This document shows positions 11,158 to 21,348 of a DNA stretch of 64,000 nt, piece after piece (position 1 is the stretch's first letter; the number at the start of each line of letters is the position of its first letter). The notes under the pieces are model-generated. The model searched no databases, had not been told where the DNA came from, and saw only the letters and a list, made by a program, of their open reading frames with translations. The translations under genes and the position numbers were made by a program. The DNA is from an uncultured Actinomycetes bacterium (lineage in GTDB: Bacteria; Actinomycetota; UBA4738; HRBIN12): NCBI GenBank assembly GCA_963810945.1, contig CAWEPI010000008.1, positions 6,645 through 70,644 of the forward strand, in the 5' to 3' direction.

Positions 11158-12260
11158 CTACAGGGCGCAGATCGCGTAGGCCGTGATGGTCCAGCTCGCG
11201 TTGTCGTTGTCGGTCTCGACCGCCGTCGCGGTCCACACGGTCGCGGAGGACGGGTAGCTCGCCGTCATCGCGACCTGGTTGTTCCCATCGGCACCGACGA
11301 TCGCGCCACCTCCGACGATCTTCCGTCCACCCGTGCAGGTGGCCGTGATCGACTTGTTGCTGGAGCTGGCCGCCGACGTGTTCGACACGATCGTGGCGTT
11401 GACCGTGCCGCCGCCGGGTCCGGTGGGACCGATGGGGCCCTGGTTGCCGACCGGTCCCTGGTTGCCGACGGGACCTTTGTTACCGGTGGGTCCATCGGGG
11501 CCGGTGGGTCCCATGGGGCCGGTGGCCCCCATCGCTCCCGTCGGGCCGATCGCTCCCGTGGCGCCGATGCCACCCGGTGTGCCGGTGGCGCCCGCGCCTC
11601 CGGTGGCACCCATCGGACCCGTGGCTCCCGTGAGGCCGACCGCGCCGGTCAGACCGGTGGCACCGGTGGCTCCCGTGGGACCGACGGCGCCCGTGGCACC
11701 CGCAGCGCCTGTGAGACCGGTGGCGCCCGGTGAGACCCGTCGGCGCCGGTCAGACCGGTGGCGCCTGTGCGCCCGTCGGCGCCGGTCAGACCCGTGGCGC
11801 CGGTGGCTCCGTCAGCGCCGGTCAGACCCGTGGCTCCGGTGGCTCCGTCGGCGCCCGGTGGCCCCGTCGCACCGGGGGAACCGGGGGCACCTGGGAGAAC
11901 CGGGTGCTCCGGGAGATCCGGGTGCTCCGAGCCGTTCGCGCCCGTCGCTCCGGTGGCCCCGGTGGCTCCGGTTCCGCCGGCGCCCGTCGCGCCGGTGGCG
12001 CCCGTGGCCCCGGCCGCCCCGGGGACACCCGTCTTGTTCCAGACGGTCGCCTTCTCACCCTTCTTGCAGTTGTTGCCCAGCGGGATGAAGCGGACGGCCC
12101 TCGTCTTCTTGTTGACGCAGCCCTTGATCTGCCCGCTGGTCGTGGCGCGGCGCGCATGCCTCTGCATCACCGCGGCGGACGCGAGGCTCGCCCCCGCCAT
12201 CACCGCGACCACGGTGAAGATGACCAGGGGCGACACCCAGTTCCGACGTCTCCTATGCAC
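11158..12260 (-). CDS. Secreted collagen-like (Gly-X-Thr) surface protein, frameshifted within the repeats
   Basis: Signal-like N-terminus ([29 protein letters not shown]), small Cys domain (GCVNKK...NCKKGE), long GAT/GPT/GLT/GAD triplets, C-terminal Cys domain ([13 protein letters not shown]...AYAICAL); GTG at 12260 with AAGGGG upstream. Confidence 0.85.
11640..11860 (-). repeat. Tandem ~36-bp repeats encoding [12 protein letters not shown]
   Basis: Repeated ccggtggcgcccgtcggcgccggtcagaccc-like units visible on the + strand. Confidence 0.75.
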
Positions 12261-12394
12261 GTACGACCCCTTTCGCGGAGGGAACACACCGCTCATCGAT
12301 CCGGCAGCTGCTCGGATATGCGTCGAGTATGAACGGGGGATCGCGGCGCGACCAAGCACATCGGCGAGGCTTCGCGTAGGGATTAGGGCCTACC

Positions 12395-14625
12395 TCATGT
12401 GCGGGATGCGGAGGCCCTGGATGGCTCCTTCGCCCGCGGCCGGCGCCGGCCCCACCACCACAGCCCCAGGATGGCCGCCAGGCCCACGAGCCAGAGCTCC
12501 AGGTAGTACGGGTAGGAGGCGTAGACCAGTTCGACACGGTGGGTGCCCGCACCCACCGGGATGCCCACCACGCCCGGGGCCAGCATCTGGGTCGGGACCT
12601 CGGCGCCGTCGACCGTCGCCGTGAAGCGGGGGTCGTAGGAGACGCTCACGAGGACCACGCCCGGGCGGGTCATGTCGACCGACCCACCGAACACGCCGTC
12701 CTCGATCCGCGCGTAGGGATCCTCGACGGTCCCCGGGGGGCCGCGGCGTCTCTGCCCGGGCCCGAGGGTCGGCGCGGCGGGGGGGCGACCGCCGAAGGTG
12801 ACGGTGGGCACCATGTGCTTGCCGACGAGCCCCGAGGACAGGAACGACGACATCTGCGTCCCGAGGTCCGAGCGATCGGCCGCGATCGGCGCGACGGTGT
12901 CGACGACCTGGAGGTAGGAGACGTCGGGGATCTCCCAGAGCACGTGCCGGCCGGCCTGCGCGATCCGCCGGGCGCTCGGCAGCGGGTGATCCTCCGGCCA
13001 GATCACGTAGCGCACGCCGAACAACCCACGCTGGGGAAGGCTCGCCGGATCGAAGCGGAACTCCGCCGGGGAGGCGAGCGACCACGTCGGGCGGGTGAAG
13101 CCCACCGCGTCGGCCTGCAGGTTCAGCAGCGCGGCGTAGGCGGGCACCTGCCCGATCCGGTACGACGCCACCTCGGGGCCGCGGAGCTCCGAGAAGATGC
13201 GCCCCGGCCCGAGCGTCTCGCGCGCGCTCCACGAGCGCCTGGTAGCCGAGACCGTCCGTGGCCTCCGCCCGCGCCTGCTGGTCGATCCAGACCGCCCCGA
13301 GGCGCTCGAACCGGACGCGTTCGACCACGGAGGGCACGAGCAGCAGGACCGAGGCGGCCGCGACCGCCACGAGGACCGGGATCCTGGCCGGCGTGAGTCG
13401 GCGCACGCCGGACGCGCACGGCGTGGACCAGCCAGACGGCGCCGATGCCCATGAGGTAGAGGCCCGCGAGGTGCACCCCGCTGATGAACCGCCGCAGGAA
13501 CAGGTCCGCGCCCCCCGGGAGCAGACGCAGCGCCGGCCCCAGGGTCGGCCGCCCGAAGAAGAGCAGCAGCGCCACCAGCCCCAGGCCCACGACCACGCGG
13601 GGTGGCTCGCGCCGGCGCGCCTGCACGAGCGCGACGACGAGCCCGACCGCGAACAGGACCGTCAGCACCGGGAGGCGCCCCGCGTCGAACAGCTCGCCCC
13701 GCACCATCCACCCGAGCACCTTCCGCGCGCCGAACGAGTCGTAGTAGAAGGTGCCGCGGCTGAAGGCGTCGTTCACGGTCCAACCCGCGTCGGTGAGCAG
13801 CGGCACGAGCATCCATGCGGACGCCAGGAGCGCGGCGCCCGCCACCAACGCGGCGCGTGCGATCCGTCGAGGGAACTCCCGTGGCGCCGCCAGCACGAAC
13901 ACCGCGAGCGAGACGAGGGCGAGGTATCCGGTGAGCAGATGCACGCAGATCGTGAGCGCCAGCACCAGGGCGGCGAGCCACATCCGACGCCCCCTCGCGA
14001 CGGCCTGCCAGCAGAGCCCCCAGGCGAACGGGAGCGCCCACATCCCCCACAGCTGCGCCCATGCGCCGGAGCCCCTCCACACGTAGCTGCCCCACTCGTA
14101 TCCCATCCCCGGCGCGCTCGACAGCAGCGGCGAGATCAGCGCCGCGGCGGCGGCGGGCCACCGGCTGAGCCCCAGGAGCCGCGCCCCCGCGTACACGGAG
14201 ATCGGCCACGCGGCGAGCAGGAGGTACAGGGACCAGCGGAAGGTGCCGGCGCCGAGCACGACCGACAGCGCGCCGGTGAAGATGTGCGGGAGCGACTGGT
14301 AGTGATGGAAGCGGCTCGCGCCGAGCGAGAGGTAGGGGTACCAGCCGTCGAAGGGCAGGTGTCCCTCGCGGATGCGGTCGGCGGCCCACTGGGTCATGGA
14401 GCGGTGCACCGAGGCGTCGTTCAGGTACCAGACGTCGCGATGCTCGGGCCACAGGACGACGAGCCCGAAGAGCACGGCGGCGGCCACGAGGTACAGCGGG
14501 AGCCGGTCCGGGTCGTTCCACCGCGTGCGCCGACGGTGACCGCCCGGGGCGGACCGGGGAGGAGTCGCGCGCCGAGACGACGGCCCGGCCTCGGGAGCCC
14601 GGGCGGAGGTGTCGGTGGTCGCCAC
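12395..14625 (-). CDS. YfhO-like / PTPS-related multi-pass membrane protein (predicted GT-C glycosyltransferase), frameshifted near 13250-13400
   Basis: TM then luminal loop NDASVH...PFDGWYPYLSLG...HYQSL; many TM helices; C-terminus SYDPRFTATVDG...GIPVGAGTHRVELVY plus TM, typical of YfhO C-termini. Confidence 0.75.
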
Positions 14626-14984
14626 GGCGCGAGTCTACGCCGGGGCGACCCACGATCCGTCTTAGGACGAGTTCGCGGCTCGCCTTCCCAATCTCGGCGC
14701 GAAGATGGCTCCCGTAGTGCGACCTCGACCCCGACGGCTAGTGCATACCGCTCGATGGTGGACACGCGAGGGTCGCTCTCCCCCGCTTCGATCCGAGCGA
14801 GGGCGGACTGCGATGTGCCCATGCGAGCCGCGACGACTGTCTGGCTCAACCCGAGCGCCCTGCGATGCTCGGCCAGATCCCTCACCAGCTGCCGACCCCG
14901 GGCTGCCGCCTCGACCATCCCGGGGAACGCGGGGTTGATCGATGCGCGTTCGTCCACAATCTCGTCCAGGAAGTCCTTGTCCAT
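14421..14984 (-). CDS. XRE-family HTH protein (HigA-like antitoxin); true 3' end uncertain
   Basis: RRALGLSQTVVAARMGTSQSALARIEAGESDPRVSTIERYA; ATG at 14984 with GGAGGAG RBS; the in-frame read-through overlaps the next gene, so the end is probably earlier. Confidence 0.8.
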   Translation of the reverse strand: MDKDFLDEIVDERASINPAFPGMVEAAARGRQLVRDLAEHRRALGLSQTVVAARMGTSQSALARIEAGESDPRVSTIERYALAVGVEVALREPSSRRDWEGEPRTRPKTDRGSPRRRLAPWRPPTPPPGLPRPGRRLGARLLPGPPRAVTVGARGGTTRTGSRCTSWPPPCSSGSSSCGPSIATSGT

Positions 14985-15008
14985 CGCACTCCTCCGAGGA
15001 GATGATGT

Positions 15009-15041
15009 CATATCGTATCCGAGATAGCTATATCGAGATAG
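15009..15041. promoter_or_regulatory. Putative XRE operator/promoter
   Basis: AT-rich patch with tandem near-palindromic TATC(C)GAGATAG units just upstream of the XRE start. Confidence 0.45.
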
Positions 15042-15066
15042 GTCACGCAGGTGCCACCCACGCACG

Positions 15067-15828
15067 CTATCGCTCGATACTGACGGAGCGAGCCTGCCGC
15101 GGCGATCTCGGATAGGCGTTCGCGGCTTCGGTGTCCTTGGCGTGCGTGGCGTCGATCTTGACGCTCGGACCCATCGTCGAGGAGACCGCGAGGCTCTTGA
15201 TGTAGCGCCCCTTGGCCGACGACGGCTTCGCCTTCATGATCTCGTCCACGACCGCGAGGTAGTTCTCCAGCAGCGCCGGCTCCTCGAAGGACTTCTTGCC
15301 GATGATCAGGTGGATGTTGCCGGTCTTGTCGGCGCGGTACTCCACCTTGCCGCCCTTGATGTCCGTCACGGCCTTGGCGATGTCGTTGGTCACCGTGCCG
15401 GTCTTGGGGTTGGGCATGAGCCCGCGCGGACCGAGCACGCGACCGGCCTTGCCGACCGCGGCCATCATGTCCGGCGTGGCCACCGCGGCCTCGAAGTCGA
15501 TGTTCCCCTTCATGACGTCCTCGACGAGCTCCTCGCCGCCCACGACGTCGGCGCCGGCCTCCTTGGCCTCGCGCGCCTTCTCGCCCACGGCGAACACGCC
15601 CACGCGCACCGACTTGCCGGTGCCGTTGGGCAGGGAGACCGTGCCGCGCAGCGCCTGGTCGGCCTTGCGCGTGTCGAGGCCCAGGCGGAACGCCACCTCG
15701 ACCGTCTCGTCGAACTTGGCGTCCGGGAACTTCTTCAGGATGTTGATGGCCTCCGCCGGCTGGTACTCGCGCTCCACGTCGTAGAGCGCCGCGGCGTTCC
15801 GGTAGCGCTTGCCGCCCTTCGCCGTCAT
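15067..15828 (-). CDS. rplA: 50S ribosomal protein L1
   Basis: [52 protein letters not shown]; C-terminal ~15 aa may reflect a lost stop codon. Confidence 0.98.
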   Translation of the reverse strand: MTAKGGKRYRNAAALYDVEREYQPAEAINILKKFPDAKFDETVEVAFRLGLDTRKADQALRGTVSLPNGTGKSVRVGVFAVGEKAREAKEAGADVVGGEELVEDVMKGNIDFEAAVATPDMMAAVGKAGRVLGPRGLMPNPKTGTVTNDIAKAVTDIKGGKVEYRADKTGNIHLIIGKKSFEEPALLENYLAVVDEIMKAKPSSAKGRYIKSLAVSSTMGPSVKIDATHAKDTEAANAYPRSPRQARSVSIER

Positions 15829-16259
15829 GCCTCCACCTCCACGCCCATGCTGCGCGCCGTGCCCGCGATGATCCGCATGGCCATGTCGACGTCGTTGGCG
15901 TTCAGGTCCGCCATCTTGCGCTCGGCGATGTCGCGGAGCTGCGCGTTCGAGAGCTGCGCCACCTTGTTGCGGTTGGGGACGTCGGAGCCCTTCTCGATCC
16001 CGGCGGCCTGCTTGATGAGCTCCGCGGCCGGCGGCTGCTTGGTGATGAACGAGAACGAGCGGTCCTCGTAGATCGTGAGCTCGACGGGGATGACCTGCCC
16101 GGTCCACTGCTGCGTGGCGTCGTTGTACTGCTTGCAGAAGTCCATGATGTTGACGCCGTGCTGCCCGAGGGCGGTGCCGACGGGGGGTGCGGGGGTCGCC
16201 TGGCCGGCCTTGATCTGGAGTTTCACCAGGGCCATGACCTTCTTGTTCTTCGGTGCCAC
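15825..16259 (-). CDS. rplK: 50S ribosomal protein L11
   Basis: [39 protein letters not shown]; GTG start with AGGAGGAG RBS; stop overlaps the rplA start. Confidence 0.98.
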   Translation of the reverse strand: MAPKNKKVMALVKLQIKAGQATPAPPVGTALGQHGVNIMDFCKQYNDATQQWTGQVIPVELTIYEDRSFSFITKQPPAAELIKQAAGIEKGSDVPNRNKVAQLSNAQLRDIAERKMADLNANDVDMAMRIIAGTARSMGVEVEA

Positions 16260-16281
16260 GTTCCTACTCCTCCTGCGGTGC

Positions 16282-16311
16282 CAACGGCCGCGTCGAGGCA
16301 GCCTCCCGCCG
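16282..16311 (-). promoter_or_regulatory. Candidate L1-binding autoregulatory site in the rplK leader
   Basis: Minus strand CGGC-GGGA-GGCUGC...GCGGCC-GUUG folds into a stem with an asymmetric GGGAG loop, as in known L1 operators; TACCAT -10 at 16347-16352. Confidence 0.45.
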
Positions 16312-16425
16312 TAGGGTGCGCGTCCCGGGTCCGGGACCGTCATCCGATGGTAGCAGCGGACTTACCGTGTTCGCCGATCCGCCCCTGGCTTTACACCCCC
16401 CGATGCACGGGGGACTATCCCTGCC

Positions 16426-19400
16426 ATGCAACGCTCGGGCGGCCGGACGCTGGCCGCGGTGCTCTTCACGGACATGGTCGACAGCACGGCGATCGCCGAG
16501 GAGCTGGGCGATCGACGGTGGAAGGCTCTGGTCCACGAGCACCACCGGATCGTCCGGCGCGCGATCAAACGGTTCGGCGGCACCGAGCACGACACCGCCG
16601 GGGACGGCTTCTTCGCGAGCTTCAAGGAGCCCGCCTCGGCGATCGCGTGCGCGTGCGAGGCGACCGAGGCGGTGCGCGCACTTGGGGTCGAGATCCGCGC
16701 CGGCATCCACTTCGGCGAGTGCGAGCACATGGGGAAGAAGCTCGGCGGGATCACCGTCGTGGTGGGTGCCCGGATCATGTCGCTGGGGGGCGCCGGCGAC
16801 GTCCTGGTCTCGAGCACGGCCGCCGAGCTCTCGCGCGGCGCGGGCTTCGGGTTCGCGGACCGCGGCATGCATCGGCTCAAGGGCGTCGAGGATGAGTGGC
16901 ACGTGTTCGCGGCCACCGCGGTCGACGGGAAGCCCCGGCCCGACCCGTTGGATGCAACCGAGGCCCGGGCAGCGCCGCGACCGGATCGCGCCGTCGGAGG
17001 CCCCCCGGAGGCGGCGAGGCCTCGTGGCGATCGCCGTCGCCGTGGCCGTCGTGGCAGCGGCGCTGGTGGTTCCCGTCGCGGTCCATCGCCTCCAGAAGGG
17101 GCTCCCGGGGATCGACGCCGAGGCCGCGGGGGCGGTCGACCCGTCGAACGGTCACATCACCGCGCAGGTGCCCCTCGGCGACGATCCGAACGGGATCGCC
17201 GCGGGGGCGGGATCGGCATGGGTGGCGCTCGGCGCGACGAACGAGGTCGCCCGGATCGATCCCGCCGCGGGCACCGTGCTGCAGCGGATCTCCGTGCAAG
17301 CCAACCCCACGGGCGTCGCGTTCGGCGGCGGCGCCGTTTGGGTCACGAACGCCGACGCGCGGACCGTCTCGTGGATCGACCCCGCCAGCGACAAGGTCGT
17401 GCGAGACGATCGAGGTCGGCAACGCGCCCAGCGCGATCGCCTTCGGGGAGGGCTCCGTCTGGGTCACGAACACGCTCGACGGGACCGTGTCGAAGATCGA
17501 CCCCGCCAAGGGGAAGGTCGAGGCCACGATCCCGGTCGGCGCCGATCCCACGGGGATCGCCGTGGGGGCGAGGTCGGTCTGGGTCGCCAACCAGGCCAGC
17601 GACCAGGTGGCGCGGATCGACCCAGGGACCGGCGCGGTCCGTCAGACGATCGACGTCGGCCACGGCCCGAGCGGCATCGCGTTCGACGGGACGAGCGTCT
17701 GGGTCGCGAACGGCCAGAGCGGGACCGTCATGAAGATCGACCCGGCCACGAACGACGTGACGGGCAGCGTGCAGACAGGCGGCTCCCCCGGCCAACTCGC
17801 GGCCGGCGGAGGGAGCATCTGGGTCGCGGACACCGACGCGAACGGGCTCGCGCAGGATCGATCCGCGCGGGAACACGATGGTGGGCACCACCGCCGTCGA
17901 GAACACTCCGCGGGCGCTCGCTTTCGACGGGGCGACGCTCTGGGTGACGACGCGCGGATCGGCGGCGAGCCATCAGGGCGGAACGCTCGTCGTCGAGATC
18001 CAGCGACGTTCCCTCGACGATCGATCCGAACGCCCCATGGGACGGCTTCTCCTACGACATCCTGTCGAACACGAACGACGGCCTGCTCACCTTCGCGCGC
18101 GTCGGTGGCACCGCCGGCTCCGTGCTGGTGCCCGATCTCGCGACGTCCGTCCCCGCGCCGGACCCCGGCGGCACCACGTACACGTTCGCCTGCGATCCGG
18201 CGTGCGCTACTCCGATGGATCGCTCGTGAAGCCATCGGACGTCCTGTTCTCCTTCCAACGCGCGTTCACCGCCGCCGGGGACTTGGCGCCGACGTTCTAC
18301 CTCGACGCGTTGATCGGCGCCGACGCGTGTGCAGCAAGGAGCATGCGACCTCCGGAGGGGATCGTGCCGGACGACGCGTCGGGCACGGTGACCTTCCACC
18401 TGAAGGCCCGGACCCCACGTTCCTCGACGTCCTCGCGATGCCGTTCTTGGCGATCGTGCCGCCATCCTCACCCCGGCACCTGGTCACGGGGGCTCCGTTC
18501 GTCGCCGCGACCGGACCGTTCATGATCGGCGTCGTATAGCGGGGGGGACACGGCGCAGATACGAGCGGCACGGTGCATCTGGTGCGGAACCCGAACTTCG
18601 TCGAGTGGTCACATGCCGCGCAGCCGGCCGGCGTACCCGGAGGAGATCGTCATCCGGTTCGGCCTCGACGTGGATCAGGCGACCGACGACGTGGAGCAGG
18701 ATCGGGCCGACGTGCTGCTCGACACCCCCCCGCGGACCGGATGCAGGAGATCCGGACGCGGTACGCGGCCCAGAGCCATCCGTACATCCAGCTGGCCCTC
18801 GACTACTTCTTCCTGAACACGCGGGTGGCGCCGTTCGACGACCCCGACGTGCGCCGGGCCTTGAACTACGCGGTGGATCGAGCGACGATGGCGGAGCTGG
18901 TCGGCCCGTTGGGCCTGTGGGGCGCCGGAGGGCCGGTGACCTGCCAGGCGCTGCCCCCGAACACCCCCGGATACGCGCCGTACTGCCCGTTCACATCGAA
19001 CGGATCGAGCAACGGCGATCCCGATCTGGTGGAGGCGCAGCAGCCTCGTCGATGCGTCCGGCACGAAGCACGTGCGCATCACGGTGTGGTCTCTGCCGGC
19101 GTTCGCCCGCGTCTCGCGATACGTCGCCTCCGTCCTCAACGATCTCGGCTACCGGGACGTTGCCGTGATACCCGAGCGACAACCCCACCCCGTACTTCAC
19201 GTACATCAGCGACTCCTCGAACCGCGCGCAGATCGGCGCCGTGGGCTGGCTGATGGATTTCCCGAACGCCTCGAACTTCTTCCACGCCGCTGGTGACCTG
19301 CGCATCGTTCATCCCGAACGACCCCAACAACGTCAACTCGAACTACGCCGAGTACTGCAACCCTCAGCTCGACCGCCAGATCGAGCACGCGGCGAAGGTG

Positions 19401-19583
19401 GGGACGACCGACCCGGTGCGGGCCAACGAGCTGTGGGCCGAGATCGACCGGCATGTGGTCGACGAGGCGCCGTGGGTCCCGTTCACCACCCCGTCCGGCA
19501 CGATCCTGGTGTCGAAACGCGTCGGGAACGTGCAGATCAACCCGGTGCTCGGGGTGCTGCTCGGGCAGATGTGGGTGCGCTGA
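16426..19583 (+). CDS. Class III nucleotide cyclase - TM - YVTN beta-propeller - ABC family-5 solute-binding domain fusion, multiply frameshifted
   Basis: AVLFTDMVDST, TAGDGFF, RAGIHFGE, GARI (cyclase); TM GLVAIAVAVAVVAAALVVPV; repeats GxxPxGIAxGxGSVWVxN...IDP; SBP5 motifs SNTNDGLL, FFLNTRVAPFDDPDVRRALNYAVDR, NYAEYCNP. Confidence 0.85.
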
Positions 19584-19584
19584 G

Positions 19585-20832
19585 CTAGACCTTCGACACC
19601 TGGTCGAAGCCGAGCTCGACCGGGGTCTCCCGGTCGAAGATGTTGACGAGCACCTTCAGCTTCGACTGGTCCACGTTGATCTCGCTGATGGTGCCGTTGA
19701 AGTCCGCGAACGGCCCGGAGATGATCCGCACCACGTCGCCCTCCTCGAACCCGAGGCGGAACGCGGGCTTCACCTCCTCCTTCTTCACCACGAGGATCTT
19801 CTCGACCTCGCGCTTGGACAGCGGCGTGGGCTTGGTGCCGGTGCCCGCGCTCACGAAGCCGGTGACCCCGGGCGTGTTGCGCACGACGTACCAGGAGTCG
19901 TTGTCGTACTCCATCTTCACCAGCAGGTAGCCCGGGAAGACCTTCTTCTGCACGACCTGCTTCTTGCCGTTCTTGATCTCCATCACGTCTTCCATGGGGA
20001 TGTGGACGCGGAAGATCTTGCCCTCCATCTGCATGGTGTGGATCCGGCTCTCGAGGTTGGTCTTCACCTTGTTCTCGTAGCCGGCGTACGTGTGGACGAC
20101 GTACCAGTCGCCGGGCCCGCGGAACGGGTCGTCGGCGGCGGGCGCCTCCTCTTCCTGCACCTCGTCGAGCACCGCGGCGACGCTGGTGTCCTCGATGGCG
20201 GCCTCGGTGACGAGGTCCTCCTCGACGTCGGCGACGGACTCGGTGGCTGCCGGCTCCGGCTCGGGCTCCGGTTCGGGCTCCGGCTCCGGCTCGGGCGTCG
20301 TCTCCGTCACGGCGGCCTCGGCCTCGGTCTCGGCCTCGGGCTCGGCAGCCGTGGCGGCCATGCTCTCCGTCACCAGCTCGCCGTCGCCCTGGGCGGCCTC
20401 CATCTCGAGGTACTCCTCCTCGACGATCTCCTCTTCCTCGGCGGCACCCTCGGCGACGATCTCCTGCCCGATCTCGTCGGCGGCCTCCTCCATCACCACG
20501 ACCTCGATGGCGGCCTCGGCGACGATCTCCTCGGCGACGGCCTCGCCCGCTTCCTCCACCGCGATGGCCTCCTCGAGGCCCTCCTCGAAGACGGCATCGG
20601 CGGCCTCGGGGTCGCCGATCGCGTCGAGCATGCCGGCCTCCTCGGCGGCCTCGTCCAGGATGTCCTGGGCGGCGATGTCCGCGGCGGTCTCGACCACCGC
20701 CGCCTCCTCGACGGCCTCGGCCATCGTCTCGGTGGCGGCCTCGTCGGCCACCTCGTGCACCTCCGCGGCGGCCTCGAGGGCTTCGACCAACGGGGTGGGG
20801 TCGTCGTTACGCGGTTCCTGGTCTTCGGTCAC
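19585..20832 (-). CDS. nusG: Transcription termination/antitermination factor NusG with very long acidic N-terminal extension
   Basis: [54 protein letters not shown]; GTG 16 nt after the secE stop. Confidence 0.97.
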   Translation of the reverse strand: MTEDQEPRNDDPTPLVEALEAAAEVHEVADEAATETMAEAVEEAAVVETAADIAAQDILDEAAEEAGMLDAIGDPEAADAVFEEGLEEAIAVEEAGEAVAEEIVAEAAIEVVVMEEAADEIGQEIVAEGAAEEEEIVEEEYLEMEAAQGDGELVTESMAATAAEPEAETEAEAAVTETTPEPEPEPEPEPEPEPAATESVADVEEDLVTEAAIEDTSVAAVLDEVQEEEAPAADDPFRGPGDWYVVHTYAGYENKVKTNLESRIHTMQMEGKIFRVHIPMEDVMEIKNGKKQVVQKKVFPGYLLVKMEYDNDSWYVVRNTPGVTGFVSAGTGTKPTPLSKREVEKILVVKKEEVKPAFRLGFEEGDVVRIISGPFADFNGTISEINVDQSKLKVLVNIFDRETPVELGFDQVSKV

Positions 20833-20847
20833 GGGGATCCTTTGGTC

Positions 20848-21153
20848 TCAGCCGCCGAGCAGCTTCACGATCGTCTTGGTGAACGCGTAGTCCAATCCGA
20901 AGACGTAAGAGGTCATCACCACGATGGTGACGAGCACGACCGTCGTGTACGAGATGAGCTCGCGACGGTTGGGCCAGTCGACCTTCTTGAGCTCCAGGCG
21001 CACCTCGCGCAGGAACTGGCGGACGCCCGTCCGCTTGCGCTTCTCCTGGGTCTGCGCGCGACGAGCGGTCGCCGCGGGAGAGGAACGGTCGGCGCCGGAC
21101 TTCTTCTGCTGGCGCTCCGCCTTCTCCTGCATCCGCTTCATCTGTCGGTTCAT
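20848..21153 (-). CDS. secE: Preprotein translocase subunit SecE
   Basis: FLREVRLELKKVDWP followed by one TM; lies between tRNA-Trp and nusG. Confidence 0.96.
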   Translation of the reverse strand: MNRQMKRMQEKAERQQKKSGADRSSPAATARRAQTQEKRKRTGVRQFLREVRLELKKVDWPNRRELISYTTVVLVTIVVMTSYVFGLDYAFTKTIVKLLGG

Positions 21154-21165
21154 GGTGCTCCCTTG

Positions 21166-21239
21166 CAGGCGCGGAGGGACTTGAACCCCCAACCGCCGGT
21201 TTTGGAGACCGGTGCTCTACCAAATTGAGCTACGCGCCT
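21166..21239 (-). tRNA. trnW: tRNA-Trp (CCA)
   Basis: AGGCGCGTAGCTCAATTTGGTAGAGCACCGGTCTCCAAAACCGGCGGTTGGGGGTTCAAGTCCCTCCGCGCCTG; CCA tail not encoded; TATACT -10 at 21292-21297. Confidence 0.97.
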
Positions 21240-21348
21240 CCGCCATCCCCGGTCACCCTCCGGTGCTCGTGGGGGGGACTTCGGAAGGCCCAGTATACCG
21301 TTGCCTCCCCGGGACGCGGCAAAGGACACGCTACCCTGCGCGACGTCG

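Noticed and set aside
11640-11860. CRISPR array
   Set aside because: Repeats are contiguous in-frame collagen codons without unique spacers; no cas genes in the window
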